Made by a program: the position numbers and the translations under genes. The notes under the pieces are model-generated. The model worked only from the letters and a program-made list of their open reading frames with translations. It did no database searches and was not told where the DNA came from. Positions 38,625 through 50,713 of a stretch of DNA of 64,000 nt are shown here, in pieces. Numbering within the stretch: position 1 is the first letter of the stretch; each line of letters opens with the position of its first letter. The stretch comes from Octopus sinensis. Lineage: Eukaryota. The DNA is taken from assembly GCF_006345805.1 (NCBI RefSeq), contig NC_043008.1:67766001-67830000 (forward strand). The letters are read 5' to 3'.

Positions 38625-38627
<3 letters not shown>
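38291..38627. mobile_element. Fold-back repeat (likely inverted Penelope pseudo-LTRs) with a 71-bp internal duplication
   Basis: Arms 38291-38417 and 38430-38627 around a palindromic centre TAGAATTCTA; the right arm repeats TTATGCAGCTGAGG... at 38434 and 38505. Confidence 0.85.
38324..38411 (-). ncRNA. Type I hammerhead ribozyme-like motif with long stem II
   Basis: ATGCAG-CTGAAGA-[long hairpin]-GAAAC-GATC-GTA-CGGCAT; other copies read CTGC(AT) in stem I. The 10.1-11.1 pair is U-U. Confidence 0.6.
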
Positions 38628-38659
<32 letters not shown>

Positions 38660-39574
38660 AAGATCAGCGATAATATGCGCTACATTAATATTGATTTCAA
38701 ATTTTGACACAAGGTCAGCATTTTGGGGAAGGGGTTAAGTCGATTACCTAGACCTTAATGTTCAACAGGTACTTGTGATTTTTTATTGACTCCGAAAGGA
38801 TGAAAGGATAAAAACTAAACAGACCACATGGAGAGGCTGAAGAGCTGGTCATCAGAGATATGGATGTATGGAAGAATTAACGAAGTAACAGTGATTATTT
38901 TATCACGAAGATTAAGATTAGAAAATATCAATTATTCGCGATATCAGAAGAGTACCAAAATATTCAAGTTTTGGTACAGGGCCAGTAATTTCAGGGGATT
39001 TCGAAAACAAGTACCAGATGCCTTTCATCCTTTGCCGAAAGGATGAAAGGTAAAGTCGACCCCGGTGGAATTTGAACTCAGAACGTAAAGACAGGCGAAA
39101 TGCCGCTAAGCACTTCGCCCGGCGTGCGAACGATGCTGCAGATTACCGCCTTAATGCACTACTTTAATATTGAACAAAACGTTTAATGCAAACAACAAAA
39201 TTACTAATTAATTATAAACAAAAGAAAACATAAAGTAGACATGGCAATGTGGAATAAACGAATATTTATAGCAGAGTGTTCAAAATTATCTACTTCTTGC
39301 TACACAGAATAATAACATGACATCTGGTAAAAATCTACTTTCCCCAGCTCGTCCTAATTCCTCGAAACAAATAACTTCAAATTGTTTTGTTTTTGGCATT
39401 AATTTCAAGTTTCCTGTCCGCACTTTACGTGCTATTGTTTGTGCACTGTTAGTGCTGATCTGCTGTTTTATCAGCCTTTATACAAATTCACCAGTTACAA
39501 CAATCTGCCGCTTAAGTTCAATGTTCAATAACATAATTATCACTTAGATACAGTGCACAATGAATAATTTTTAC

Positions 39575-39678
<104 letters not shown>

Positions 39679-39752
39679 ATATATATATTGATAAAAATGG
39701 TAAGACAACAAAAGAATGAAAGAGACCTCGATATTATGTCAATAGAGGAATT

Positions 39753-39978
39753 TATCTGTAAATGTAATATGGGACAATTATTCGGTGGCCATAGTAAAAC
39801 TCCGAGTTTCGGATGTCGGGGTGGAAATGCTATGAAAAATCTTCATAGATTTTTCAAAACATTTTTACAGATGGCCGGATAACTGAAGAGATGGCAGCGT
39901 GGATTTCCACCCCGGCATCCGAAACTCAGAGTTTAATCATGGCTACCAAATAACTGTCACATATTACATTTACAGATA
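39753..39978. mobile_element. Fold-back element with ~76-bp inverted arms
   Basis: TATCTGTAAATGTAATATG...GGGGTGGAAAT (39753-39828) versus ATTTCCACCCC...CATATTACATTTACAGATA (39903-39978). Confidence 0.88.
39877..39938 (+). ncRNA. Degenerate hammerhead-like motif
   Basis: GGATAA-CTGAAGA-GATG...CATC-C-GAAAC-TCAGA-GTT-TAATC; stem II is out of register by one base and stem I has 4/5 pairs. Confidence 0.4.
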
Positions 39979-39981
39979 TAT

Positions 39982-40030
<49 letters not shown>

Positions 40031-40063
40031 GTGTGTATATATATATATATATAATATATATAT

Positions 40064-40131
<68 letters not shown>

Positions 40132-40179
40132 AATGTGCGTGTGTGACTCTCTATAAACCAAATTATCGGATGTTATTGT

Positions 40180-40957
40180 ACACCGCTGATCACAGTACGC
40201 TTACTTGCATTGTTCAATTTCCAAAAGTCTTTGGCATGGCTGTGCTACGGGTAGTAGGGGTGTTGCCTGTTCGAAACAATTTCTCTAGGTATGGAAGCGC
40301 CAAAAGCCGAATCTGCCCGAGATGCATGTAGAGAGACGAGACCGTACTGCATGCAATCGTTCAGTGTCCATGGATTAGAGACTTATGGGCTTGCTTTGAG
40401 CAGCTGCTGTCTCGTGTAAGACGAATCCAGCAGTCCGCCGAGTGTAGAGCGAAGATTGATGCACCCGCTTCCTTTGTAGAAGTGAGAGAGATCTTTATCT
40501 GTTTGGCGGCTGTGGCAAAGGAGGCTGTGTAATGGAACTGCCTGAAAGGTTTGAAGTCAGGCACTTTCCTATCTGGCCAAGCTCTCATCAATTTCTTCAA
40601 ATATCATTTGAAGAGGAAGGTGAGGTAGAGAGTGAGATGCTGAACGAGAGTAGCAAGACTGGTGAGGTTGAATGAATCTACTCCGAGTATGTTTTTTTCT
40701 AAATAGGAGGAAAGAAACTGGGAAATGGCACTTTCCATGCCTTGCGGATGGCAGAGTAATCCAGGACGTTTTGTGTGGGGTTTACCCTAAGCAGACCACC
40801 CCGCTATAGATGATTCTATTTATTAATTATTTATTTTTAATTTCTATTTTTATATCCATAATGTTGTAGTGTTCCCTCTTGATCGATAGATTGTGTGTTG
40901 TATCTCGTGTTTGATACTGTCCTCAATGTCTTGGGCCCTTGCGTTTAAAAAAGAAAT
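40180..40957 (+). mobile_element. 5'-truncated Tx1-like LINE 3' end (zf-RVT, 3' UTR)
   Basis: LPVRNNFSRYG..ICPRCM*RDETVLHAIVQCPWIRDLW...GQALINFFKYHLKRK; ends TTTAAAAAAGAAAT at a (TAT)n tract. Confidence 0.85.
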
Positions 40958-40983
40958 CATTATTATTATTATTATTATTATTA

Positions 40984-41031
<48 letters not shown>

Positions 41032-41093
41032 TACTACTACTACTTCTACTACTACTATTATTATTATTATTATTATTATTGTTATTATTATTA

Positions 41094-41607
41094 TTGAGTG
41101 ACAGAGCAGTTCATGCCATCAAAGTGACACTGGGGTAAAATATACGAAGCCCAATATACCCATCATGACTACCCGTCTGATAAGGGTACACCAGGCATAT
41201 GCATCACAACCATATGTGCGCGACCTTGCAGGTGGGGCCCAGTTAGAATTTTCTTCAGGTCGAGTAGCCCATCCCGCTCAAAAGGTCCCTGAATAAGGGT
41301 TGTTTAAGGATGTTGAAAGAACCACCCATGTTTCCAGAGGTGAATTATTCAAACCCCAAAGAATCCCTCTCAACACATGGCTATGATGCTCCCCCACTAC
41401 TTCTGCTCGTGATCAGAGATGCACATATCGTCAGCCAACAAGACTCATGCTCAACTGGTTAAGGTCAAACAACTGACAAGCAAATCTGTGGTATTGAGCA
41501 GAATATTTGCTGTAGCCCATCTTTTATACCAAGACAAAACAATGTACATGATGACACTTCCAATCAGTTAAGATCAGAAGCCATGAGAGCCACTGCCTGG
41601 TACTGCA
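41094..41607 (-). mobile_element. TAA-embedded non-coding element, copy 2
   Basis: Co-linear with 17152-17658; (TAT)n on both flanks. Confidence 0.88.
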
Positions 41608-41635
41608 CCTATTATTATTATTATTATTATTATTA

Positions 41636-41702
<67 letters not shown>

Positions 41703-41914
41703 GTCGGTGAGCTGACAGAATCGTTAGCATGATGGATGAAATATTTAGCGATATTTGGCCTGTCACTACGTTCTTAGTTCAAATTCCGCCGAGTTTGACT
41801 TTGCTTTTCATCCTTTCGGAGTCGATAAATTAAGTACCAGTGAAACACTGGGGTTGATGTAATCGTCTAGTCCCTTCTCCCAAAATCTCAGGCCTTCTGC
41901 CAATAGTATAAAGG

Positions 41915-41953
<39 letters not shown>

Positions 41954-41986
41954 GTGATTATTATTATTATTATTATTATTATTGTG

Positions 41987-42061
<75 letters not shown>

Positions 42062-42063
<2 letters not shown>

Positions 42064-42445
42064 GGCGGCGAGCTGGCAGAAACGTTAGCACGCCGGAGCG
42101 AAATGCGTAGCCGTATTTCGTCTGCCGCTACGTTCTGAGTTCAAATTCCGCCGAGGTCGACTTTGCCTTTCATCCTTTCGGGGTCGATAAATTAAGTACC
42201 AGTTACGCACTGGGGTCGATATAATCTACTTAATCCGTTTGTCTGTCCTTGTTTGTTTTCTCTGTGTTTGGCCCTTTGTGGGTAGTAAAGAAATAGGTAT
42301 TTCGCCCGTCGCTCCGTTCTGAGTTCAAATTCCGCCGAGGTCGACTTAGCCTTCCATCCTTCGGCGTCGATAAAATAAGTAGTGATCGACTGCCCCCGCC
42401 CCACAAAATCCAGGCCTTCTTTCTACAGTAGAAAGGATTATAATT
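42062..42445 (+). mobile_element. SINE A dimer
   Basis: Junction AAAGAAATA|GGTATTTCG at 42295/42296. Confidence 0.88.
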
Positions 42446-42830
42446 TATATTATACAGACATAAGATTAAATAATTCTACGTGTGCTTCCTATTGTTCAAA
42501 CTGCAGGTTGTCGTTTGAATCAGATTTGGTTGCTATTTCTAGCAGGACGAACGGCCTCCAGTTGGAGGATACGTTTTTGGCTCAGTTTAGAAACGAATAA
42601 ATGTTGTGGAAATAGTAAGGTGAGGACGTATGGTAGAGCTATGTTTAGACTTTAGTATCTCACAGATAAGGTGTAGGCGGCAGCGTGAGAATTCTCCAAA
42701 CTATTAATGATGCAATACAAGAGAGAAGACGGCGACTGTTGACCTCTCGAAGTCTAGTGTCAAACGAAGTATATCATATCTTGCCCGCTTATCGCTTCAA
42801 CTGAATTCTGTTTTATACACACGCACACAC

Positions 42831-42868
<38 letters not shown>

Positions 42869-43120
42869 ATATTCACGCACACACCCATATATATATTCAT
42901 GTGTGTATTGAACGTTTATACAAGCATTTAAGCATTTTATATCTGCATTGTCCGTCCTGTATCATGTTTTGTAACAGAGAAGACTGTCAACATATATGTG
43001 TGTATGTGTGTGTGTGTGTCTGTCTGTATGTTTGTATGCAAGTATATATGTGTGCGTACATATATATATATCTATATACATATATATACATATATTATAC
43101 ACACACACACACACACACAC

Positions 43121-43178
<58 letters not shown>

Positions 43179-43415
43179 ATATGTATGTATGTATATATGT
43201 ATATTCCTTCTGCTATTTTTTGAAATTTTGTAGGGAGAGCTGATCGATGCCATCTGTGCTCAGCTAATAATAATTTTATCGCCCACTGCACCCGGAAGAA
43301 CTGCCCCTAACCATTTTGTCCGACGTGCTAACAATTCTGCCGGTTCTGTTAAAGTATTTGAGAAAAATTATATTATTGTGTCCAACTGGTTAAAATTCTA
43401 TTTATTTATTTGGCA

Positions 43416-43522
43416 TTGCGTTTAAATTGATGTAATGATTGCATTGTTCGATTAAATGAAACCGCTTGAAACGGTCGTACTGCATCACTACTTGATACAC
43501 TGTCGCTTATTTTGATTTATAT
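43416..43522 (+). mobile_element. 5'-truncated single arm of the 38291-38627 family
   Basis: TTGCGTTTAAATTGATGTAATGATTGC...GAAAC-GGTC-GTA-CTGCAT...TTATTTTGATT; lacks the CUGA half. Confidence 0.8.
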
Positions 43523-43547
43523 ATACACACACACACACACACACATG

Positions 43548-43602
<55 letters not shown>

Positions 43603-43639
43603 AGTGCTTATGAAGACATTCCAGCCTTCAGCAAACCGT

Positions 43640-44135
43640 CTTTATAGGGATAATCTAGAAAATTACGTACAATGGACGTATGACTTCGGTAGGGGGATAC
43701 TTTGGCTGCTATTTTTAGCGTGTCGAGCGACCAGGCAGAGGCTATTTCATTGGTTCGATTGCGTGATGAGATTTTTTACGCATATATGCATCAAAAGGGT
43801 TTTGTTAGGGGAGATTTTCAGTTTAAATTTGTCTGATGTCGAACACTCATCGTTTTGTCAATGGACCCTGAAGTTGTTGTTCTCAAACAGTGGCAGTAAT
43901 TTTCTCCAGCTGAATACACGTCATTGATTGGTTAAAATTACCCAAATACGACAACTTTAACATGAAATAACTTCTAAAATATCAAATTTTATCCAAAAGG
44001 TTAAGAGTAAACTCTATTCTATGTGAGACATTCTACCAATATCTGAAGTTTCAAAGTGTTTAGTTTTAAAAAAATGATTTTAAAAATCTGTCCGTCAAAT
44101 GGAATAGATTCGCCATCAGCTGAAGAAGTGCACCC
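43640..44135 (+). repeat. Unclassified interspersed repeat (second copy ~50795-51125)
   Basis: Shared blocks GGGGATAC.TTGGCTGCTATTTTT...GTCGAGCGACCAGG and GAAATAACTTCTAAA...GAAGTTTCAAAGTGTTTAGTT. Confidence 0.65.
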
Positions 44136-44200
44136 CAGTCACGTACTACAAGCTTTTCGGGAGACTGGATTTTATTTATTCCTTTCTCTCATTCCAACAC

Positions 44201-44290
<90 letters not shown>

Positions 44291-44347
44291 TATATATATG
44301 CATATATGTATATACATACATATATATGTACGTAGGTACGTATATAT

Positions 44348-44936
44348 GGGTATAGGATGTCATAAAACGTAAACAACATGAAATACGAAAATAAAGTTAG
44401 GTACCCAAAGAACGAGAAAAACAAATGGATAACAAGACAAGTAACATAAAAAACAACCCTTCATGAGCTGTTAGCTGTCATTCTACTCCTTATTTCGAAC
44501 AACGAACGACAATATAAGACTTTGAAGTCAATTGCTCCAGCGAAACAAAATAAAATTTGAGATTTGCGGAGGGTAAAATTTGGTAACAAAAACAGGACAT
44601 ACAGCAAACGAAACGAAACGAAGACAAACAGGGAGGGCCGTTAGGCCAAGATGAGCGCTGGGAGAAGATTCTTTGATAGGAGAGGAGACAGATCAGAATG
44701 TGTCTGGACTGCGCGACAGACCGAAGAAAAAGAAAGATGATCACGTGAGGAAAGGAAAGATGGACGAAGGTTACATGTGAGCAACGAGAGAGAGAGTAAA
44801 GGAGGAAGAGGGAGGGAGAGAGAAAATAGTAAAGGATAGAGTCGCATGAAATATATTAAGATAAACTTACTTGGAAATGGATGCGCAACGTTCAATCAAA
44901 TAATAATATAACTAATATATATATATATATATACAC

Positions 44937-44971
<35 letters not shown>

Positions 44972-45290
44972 TATACATATATATATAATATATATATATA
45001 TATATAATACATACATATATACATATATATATATATAATATATATATATATATATACATACATATATATATATATATATGCATATATACATATATGTGCA
45101 TATATGCATACATATATGTACATACATATATATGTATATAGTTATGCATATATCGGTACAGGACGTCAATAAACTTAAACACATGAAATACGAAAATAAA
45201 GTTGGGTACGTAAAGAACGAGAGAAACAAATGGAAAATAAGACAAGTAACATAAAAAAACCATCCTTCATCAGTTGTCCTATTTCGATAC
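44348..45290 (-). repeat. Direct-repeat pair (44348-44500, 45155-45290) flanking a purine-rich segment and microsatellites; possible Penelope pseudo-LTRs
   Basis: ACATGAAATACGAAAATAAAGTT..GAACGAG..ACAAATGGA..AAGACAAGTAACATAAAAAA appears twice; minus-strand CTGATGA at 45267-45273. Confidence 0.5.
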
Positions 45291-45333
45291 ATATGTATAT
45301 TATATATATATATTATATATATATATATATATG

Positions 45334-45396
<63 letters not shown>

Positions 45397-45544
45397 TATG
45401 TGTGAGTGTGTGTGTGTGTTTTTCTATGTATGTATGTATATATACATAATGACGGACAGACATGCATACGCACATACATTCAAAACAAACCTATACATGT
45501 GTGCACGCGTGCGTAGGCTCGTGTGTATGTGAGAATTGGGTGTG

Positions 45545-45598
<54 letters not shown>

Positions 45599-45614
45599 AT
45601 ATATATATATATAT

Positions 45615-45647
<33 letters not shown>

Positions 45648-46014
45648 TTGGAGGAGGCTATTTTAGTGCCTGATTTCTTTTCAGACAGTTATCTTACATA
45701 ACTTTAGACATCTTTCAATAAATAGAAAGAGGAAACAACAGACTATCCCTAATTTAAGAAACGAGATATAAACGGACACTTTTGTCTTCCTATAATATAC
45801 GCGTGTTTGCGTGTCCGTGTCTGTATGTATGCGTGTGTGTACACATGCTTACATACACGTGTGTGTTTATACAAACACACACACGCACATATATATATAT
45901 ATATGCATGTGTATATATATTTGTGTATATTATTTTCTTTTTCTGTGGCTAACCGGAAACCTTGCAGCTTCCTAATATAAAGCTACCTCTTTTAAATTCT
46001 TGTGCCAGCCTTAA

Positions 46015-46051
46015 TGAAGAAATAATAATAATAATAATAATAATAGTAACG

Positions 46052-46108
<57 letters not shown>

Positions 46109-46128
46109 GTAATAATAATAATAATAAC

Positions 46129-46172
<44 letters not shown>

Positions 46173-46185
46173 TTATGATGATGAA

Positions 46186-46238
<53 letters not shown>

Positions 46239-46462
46239 TTATGATGATGAAGATAATGATAATGATGATGATAATAATAATAATAATAATATAATAATAA
46301 TAATAATTACTATGATTATGAAGATAATGATAATGATGATGATGATGATGATAATAATAATATATAATAAATAATAATAATAATAATAATAATATAATAA
46401 TTACTATGATTATGAAGATAATGATAATGATGATGATGATGATGATAATAATAATAATAATA

Positions 46463-46512
<50 letters not shown>

Positions 46513-46544
46513 CTATGATGATGAAGATAATGATAATGATGATG

Positions 46545-46577
<33 letters not shown>

Positions 46578-46624
46578 TAATAATAATAATAATGTCTATG
46601 ATGAGGAAGATAATGATAATGATG

Positions 46625-46696
<72 letters not shown>
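46015..46696. repeat. ~680-bp (TAA)n/(TGA)n compound array with higher-order repetition
   Basis: The ATGAAGATAATGATAATGAT landmark recurs about 6 times at 60-120 bp spacing. Confidence 0.96.
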
Positions 46697-47886
46697 GAGT
46701 TCAACGAGATAATGGAGAAGGAAATGAAAGAGCATCTGAGGATGGAATATTTCCGAAGGCTAAGGATGGTATTGCGCTCAAAATTGAGCGATATACTCAT
46801 TTTTGTATGCAGCGGGAATTATAAAATGGCAAAAGAGAAAAGTGAGGAAAATGGATACCGATACCAGAAAAATGTTGACAGTACACGGAGCCTTCCACCC
46901 TAGGAATGACACCAATAAGTGTACTTGTCCAGAAGAAAGGGTAAGAGAGGTCTGATCAGTTGCCAGGACTGTATCGAAGCAGAGGAAAACAGCTAAGTTC
47001 GTATATAAAAAATGCTGCGAATCCATTGCTGAAGATTATGATGAAGGCCGGCGTTATCAAAACTGAAAATTGTGTAATGAAAGAAAAATTTGAACAAGAA
47101 ATGAAGAAAAAAAAGAAAGAAAAAGCATGGAAGGAAAAAATGTACAGTCAGTTTGCTAGAGATGGGAATGCCAAGACCGATACAGAGACCCAGTGGCTAT
47201 GAATAAGGAGGAGTGACTGAAGATAAAGACAGAAGTACTCATATGCGCAGCTCAAGAACAAGCGTTAAGGACCATTATCTTAAGTGCAGAATAGACAACA
47301 CTACCGACAGCGACGAATGCAGAATGTGTGGTGAGAGGGGTCAAACGGTATGGCACATCGTTAGCGAATGCCCGAAATTGGCCCAACGCGAATACAAAAG
47401 GCTCCATGACAATGTGACTAGAATGATCTATTGGGAGCTCTGTGGAAATCACGGCCTATAAAGAACAAAGACGTTACAAGAGCAAAACCCAGAAGGACTC
47501 ACCTAGGATAAGAATTACAAAATTCCTGTGGGTTGCAATGATCCACTGCGATCACCTGACCAGATATCGAAACTGGACATCGTTGTGGTGAATAAAAAAG
47601 AAAGAACAAGCATGGCAATCGACATAGCATGTCCTGGTAACAATAGGATCAATGTGAAAAAAGAAGAAAAAATAAACAACTGTGACGATTTGAAGTGGGA
47701 AATACGAAGATTGTGGTCAATGAGAAGAGTAAACGTGATACCAATAGTAATTAGTGCACTTGCAAGTATTAGCACTCAACTACCAACATGGCTGAAAAAG
47801 ATTGGAACGGCAAGAATTCTTCGCTGGCCGTGGACTGCTTACACTTTCCATCGTACCCAGCAAAATAAGCTGAGTTTTTCCTCACA
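46696..47886 (+). mobile_element. 5'-truncated R4/Dong-clade LINE (RT tail, CCHC finger, restriction-like endonuclease)
   Basis: EYFRRLRMVLRSKL, LYLSRRKG..GLISCQD, ICAAQEQAL, CRMCGERGQTVWHIVSECP, DIVVVNKKER..IDIACPG, IPIVISAL and GTARILR; (TAA)n on both sides. Confidence 0.9.
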
Positions 47887-47934
47887 TAATAATAATAATA
47901 ACAACAACAATAATAATAATAATAATAATAATAA

Positions 47935-48486
47935 ATGCCCTGATTTAGTACCAAGCACTAGTTCTCATGGCTTCTGGTCTTAGCTGATCGGAAGAGTTAT
48001 CATGTACATTGTTTCGTCTTGATATAAAAGATGGGCTACAGCAAATATTCTGCTCAATAACACAGATTTGGTTGTCAGTTGTTTGACCTTAACCAGTTGA
48101 GCATGTCCCTTAGTGGCTGACGATATGTGCCTCTCTGACCACGTAGTAGTGAGGAAGTATCGTCGCCAAACGTTGAAAGGAATTCTTTGGGGTTTGGATG
48201 ATTCAGCTTTGGAAACATGGGTGGTTCTTTCAACATCCTTAAACAACCCATATTCAGGGACCTTTTGAGCGGGATGGACAACTCGAGCTGAAGAAAATTC
48301 TAACTGAGCCCCCACCTGCAAGGTCATACGCTGTTTATCTTGATATGAGATCACCATGTTGTGCACATATGGCTGTGGTACATGCGCCTGGTGTACCCTT
48401 ATCAGACGGTAGTCATGATGAGTATACTGGGCTTCGTATATTTTATCCCAGTGTCACTTTCATAGCATGCACTGCTCTCTCACTCA
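47935..48486 (+). mobile_element. TAA-embedded non-coding element, copy 3
   Basis: Reverse complement of copies 1 and 2; follows the (AAT)n tail of the Dong-like LINE and ends CACTCAATAATAAT. Confidence 0.85.
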
Positions 48487-48493
48487 ATAATAA

Positions 48494-48892
48494 TGGTTCC
48501 AAATTTTGCTACAAGGGCAACAATTTTGGGGGAGCGAATGAGTTGATTACATCGACTCCAGCGCTCAACTGGTATTTATTTCATCGACCCCGAAAGGATG
48601 AAAGGCAAAGTCGACCTCGGTGGAATTTGAATTCAGAACGGAGCGACGGGCGAAATACCTATTTCTTTACTACCCACAAGGGGCTAAACACACAGAGGAC
48701 AAACAAGGACAGACAAACGGATTAAGTCGATTATATCGACCCCAGTGCGTAACTGGTACTTATTTAATCGACCCCGAAAGGATGCAAGGCAAAGTCGACC
48801 TCGGCGGAATTTGAACTCAGAACGTAACGGCAGACGAAAAACCGCTTAGCATTTTGCCCGGCGTACTAACGTTTCTGTCAGCTCGCCGCTTT
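48494..48892 (-). mobile_element. SINE A dimer
   Basis: Junction AAAGAAATA|GGTATTTCG at 48660/48659. Confidence 0.88.
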
Positions 48893-48899
48893 GATAATG

Positions 48900-48954
<55 letters not shown>

Positions 48955-49399
48955 TAATAATAATAATTCTACTATAGTCACAGGACCTGAAATTTGGTAG
49001 GATAGAGTAAGTTCATTACATCGACTCCACTGCGCAACCGGTACTCATTATATCAACCCTAAAATGATGGTAGACAAGGTTGACCTCTGCGGCATTTGAA
49101 CTCAGAATGCAAAGTCAGACAAAATGCCACAAAGCATTTTGTCCGAGCTTATTATTCGAAGAAAGAGGAGGAGGCGGTGTGGGGGTGGGGTGGATCATGT
49201 AGATGCAACTTCCATATTATATACTGGAAGTTAACTAAATTTAAAATATTAGAACACAGAGGTCACTAACAGTGTTCTAAAGGCTCAATTCCAAAATGCT
49301 TTTTATAGATTGAATATACCTGCCAAGCAAGACATCGTCTGGAATAAATAAACCATTACTACAAAGTAACAACAGTGAGACTAGAAAATACTTAAAAGC

Positions 49400-50120
49400 A
49401 AGCCAGAGAAAATGTCTTGTGCAATAAGAAATCATGAAAATACGTCTTTCTTTATATCAGGAAACAAAGCGCAAACTAATTACCAGCTATACCGAAAAAA
49501 AGCGATTTAAATAAAACAAAACAGCTGAAAAATGTTAAAGGAAATAACAAGATAAAATCGAAATTGAGTTTCAAAATGTAGTGAAGAAAAATGTAGGGAA
49601 AAAAACAGTAAGTAGTCAAAACCACGCAAACTCGACAGAGGAAAGAAGCCTACGTGGAAGCAAATCTAATTTTTAGATGCCCTGAACTAGTGTCTGGTCA
49701 CAAATAATTACAGAATTAATATAATGAAAAAGGATGCTGGTATAAAATGCAGACTATGTAAACAGTTACATTAAACCATGTGCAAATTTATTCACAGACA
49801 CTACCGCAATAGCAGCTATGTCTCCTGGGCAATAAACCAATAATTCGACGTGAAAAATTTATAAGAAGTGGTATAAGCATGTGCCAAATGTGAACAGTGA
49901 CAAATATTTAACCTCTATCACCTGAAACATGCATTTCTATCCATACTGACAAGGAGAACAGGGAAAACCTGCCAGAGATAGTCATCAAGGATTGGTATTA
50001 AAATGTTTTAGTCTGGTAAATACCTAGATCCCTTCTTACTAAAATATTTCCCGAAGAAAAATGAATAAACTGACAAAAAGTAAAACAAGTATCTTGAAAG
50101 TGGAATAAGTGTATCATGGG
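49400..50120 (+). mobile_element. Decayed R4/Dong-like C-terminal region
   Basis: KCRLCKQ, KWYKHVP and IHTDKENRENLPEIVIKD resemble the C2 finger / KWYEH.P / TD...NRPDIV motifs. Confidence 0.45.
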
Positions 50121-50222
50121 GGTATTAACGTTAAAATAGTATCAATAATGATTACAATATCAGATGTGATAATAAGAAAAATACACGAACAAAAACATAC
50201 GTATACAAAAGATAACATCGTT

Positions 50223-50713
50223 ATTACATGGAAAAATGCGAGCATGAAAAGTAATATTCTTAAGATTATAAACCTGGAAAAGCATAGGACAAACTATTAC
50301 TTCAAGTAATGTAAAGACTAAGAAACTTTTTACTTAAAATATTGCAGCAAAGAATTAGAATGTTCTTCTAATTTATCACTCTTTACAGTTCTCATCTTTT
50401 AAATTTATTGTACAAAACTGTTCAGCTAATTTGTAAGTTTGTCTAATTAGTCACTTTTTTCTGTATTTAAGGTATTAAATTAGCCAAATTCTACTTAAAT
50501 AAGTATAGTGTTATTTGTAAACTATAATAAAATATTTCTTTTAATATTCTAATTTTAATTTTAGCTGCAATATTTGAAGTAAAAAGTTTCTTATTCTTTA
50601 CTAGAAGTAATAGCTTGTCCTATACTTCTACAGGTGTAATAAACTGTCCTGTACTTTTCCAGGTTTATAATCTTAAGAATATTAGTTTTCATGCTCGCAT
50701 TTTTCCATGTAAT
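50223..50713. mobile_element. 491-bp fold-back MITE with ~140-170 bp inverted arms
   Basis: The outer ~60 bp (ATTACATGGAAAAATGCGAGCATGAAAA...CCTGGAAAAG) match their reverse complement at 50654-50713 with one mismatch; the match continues imperfectly inward. Confidence 0.85.

Noticed and set aside
41700-42445. Repeat-spacer-like pattern suggesting a CRISPR array
   Set aside because: These are SINE copies separated by microsatellites in eukaryotic DNA; there is no constant repeat or spacer length and no cas genes.
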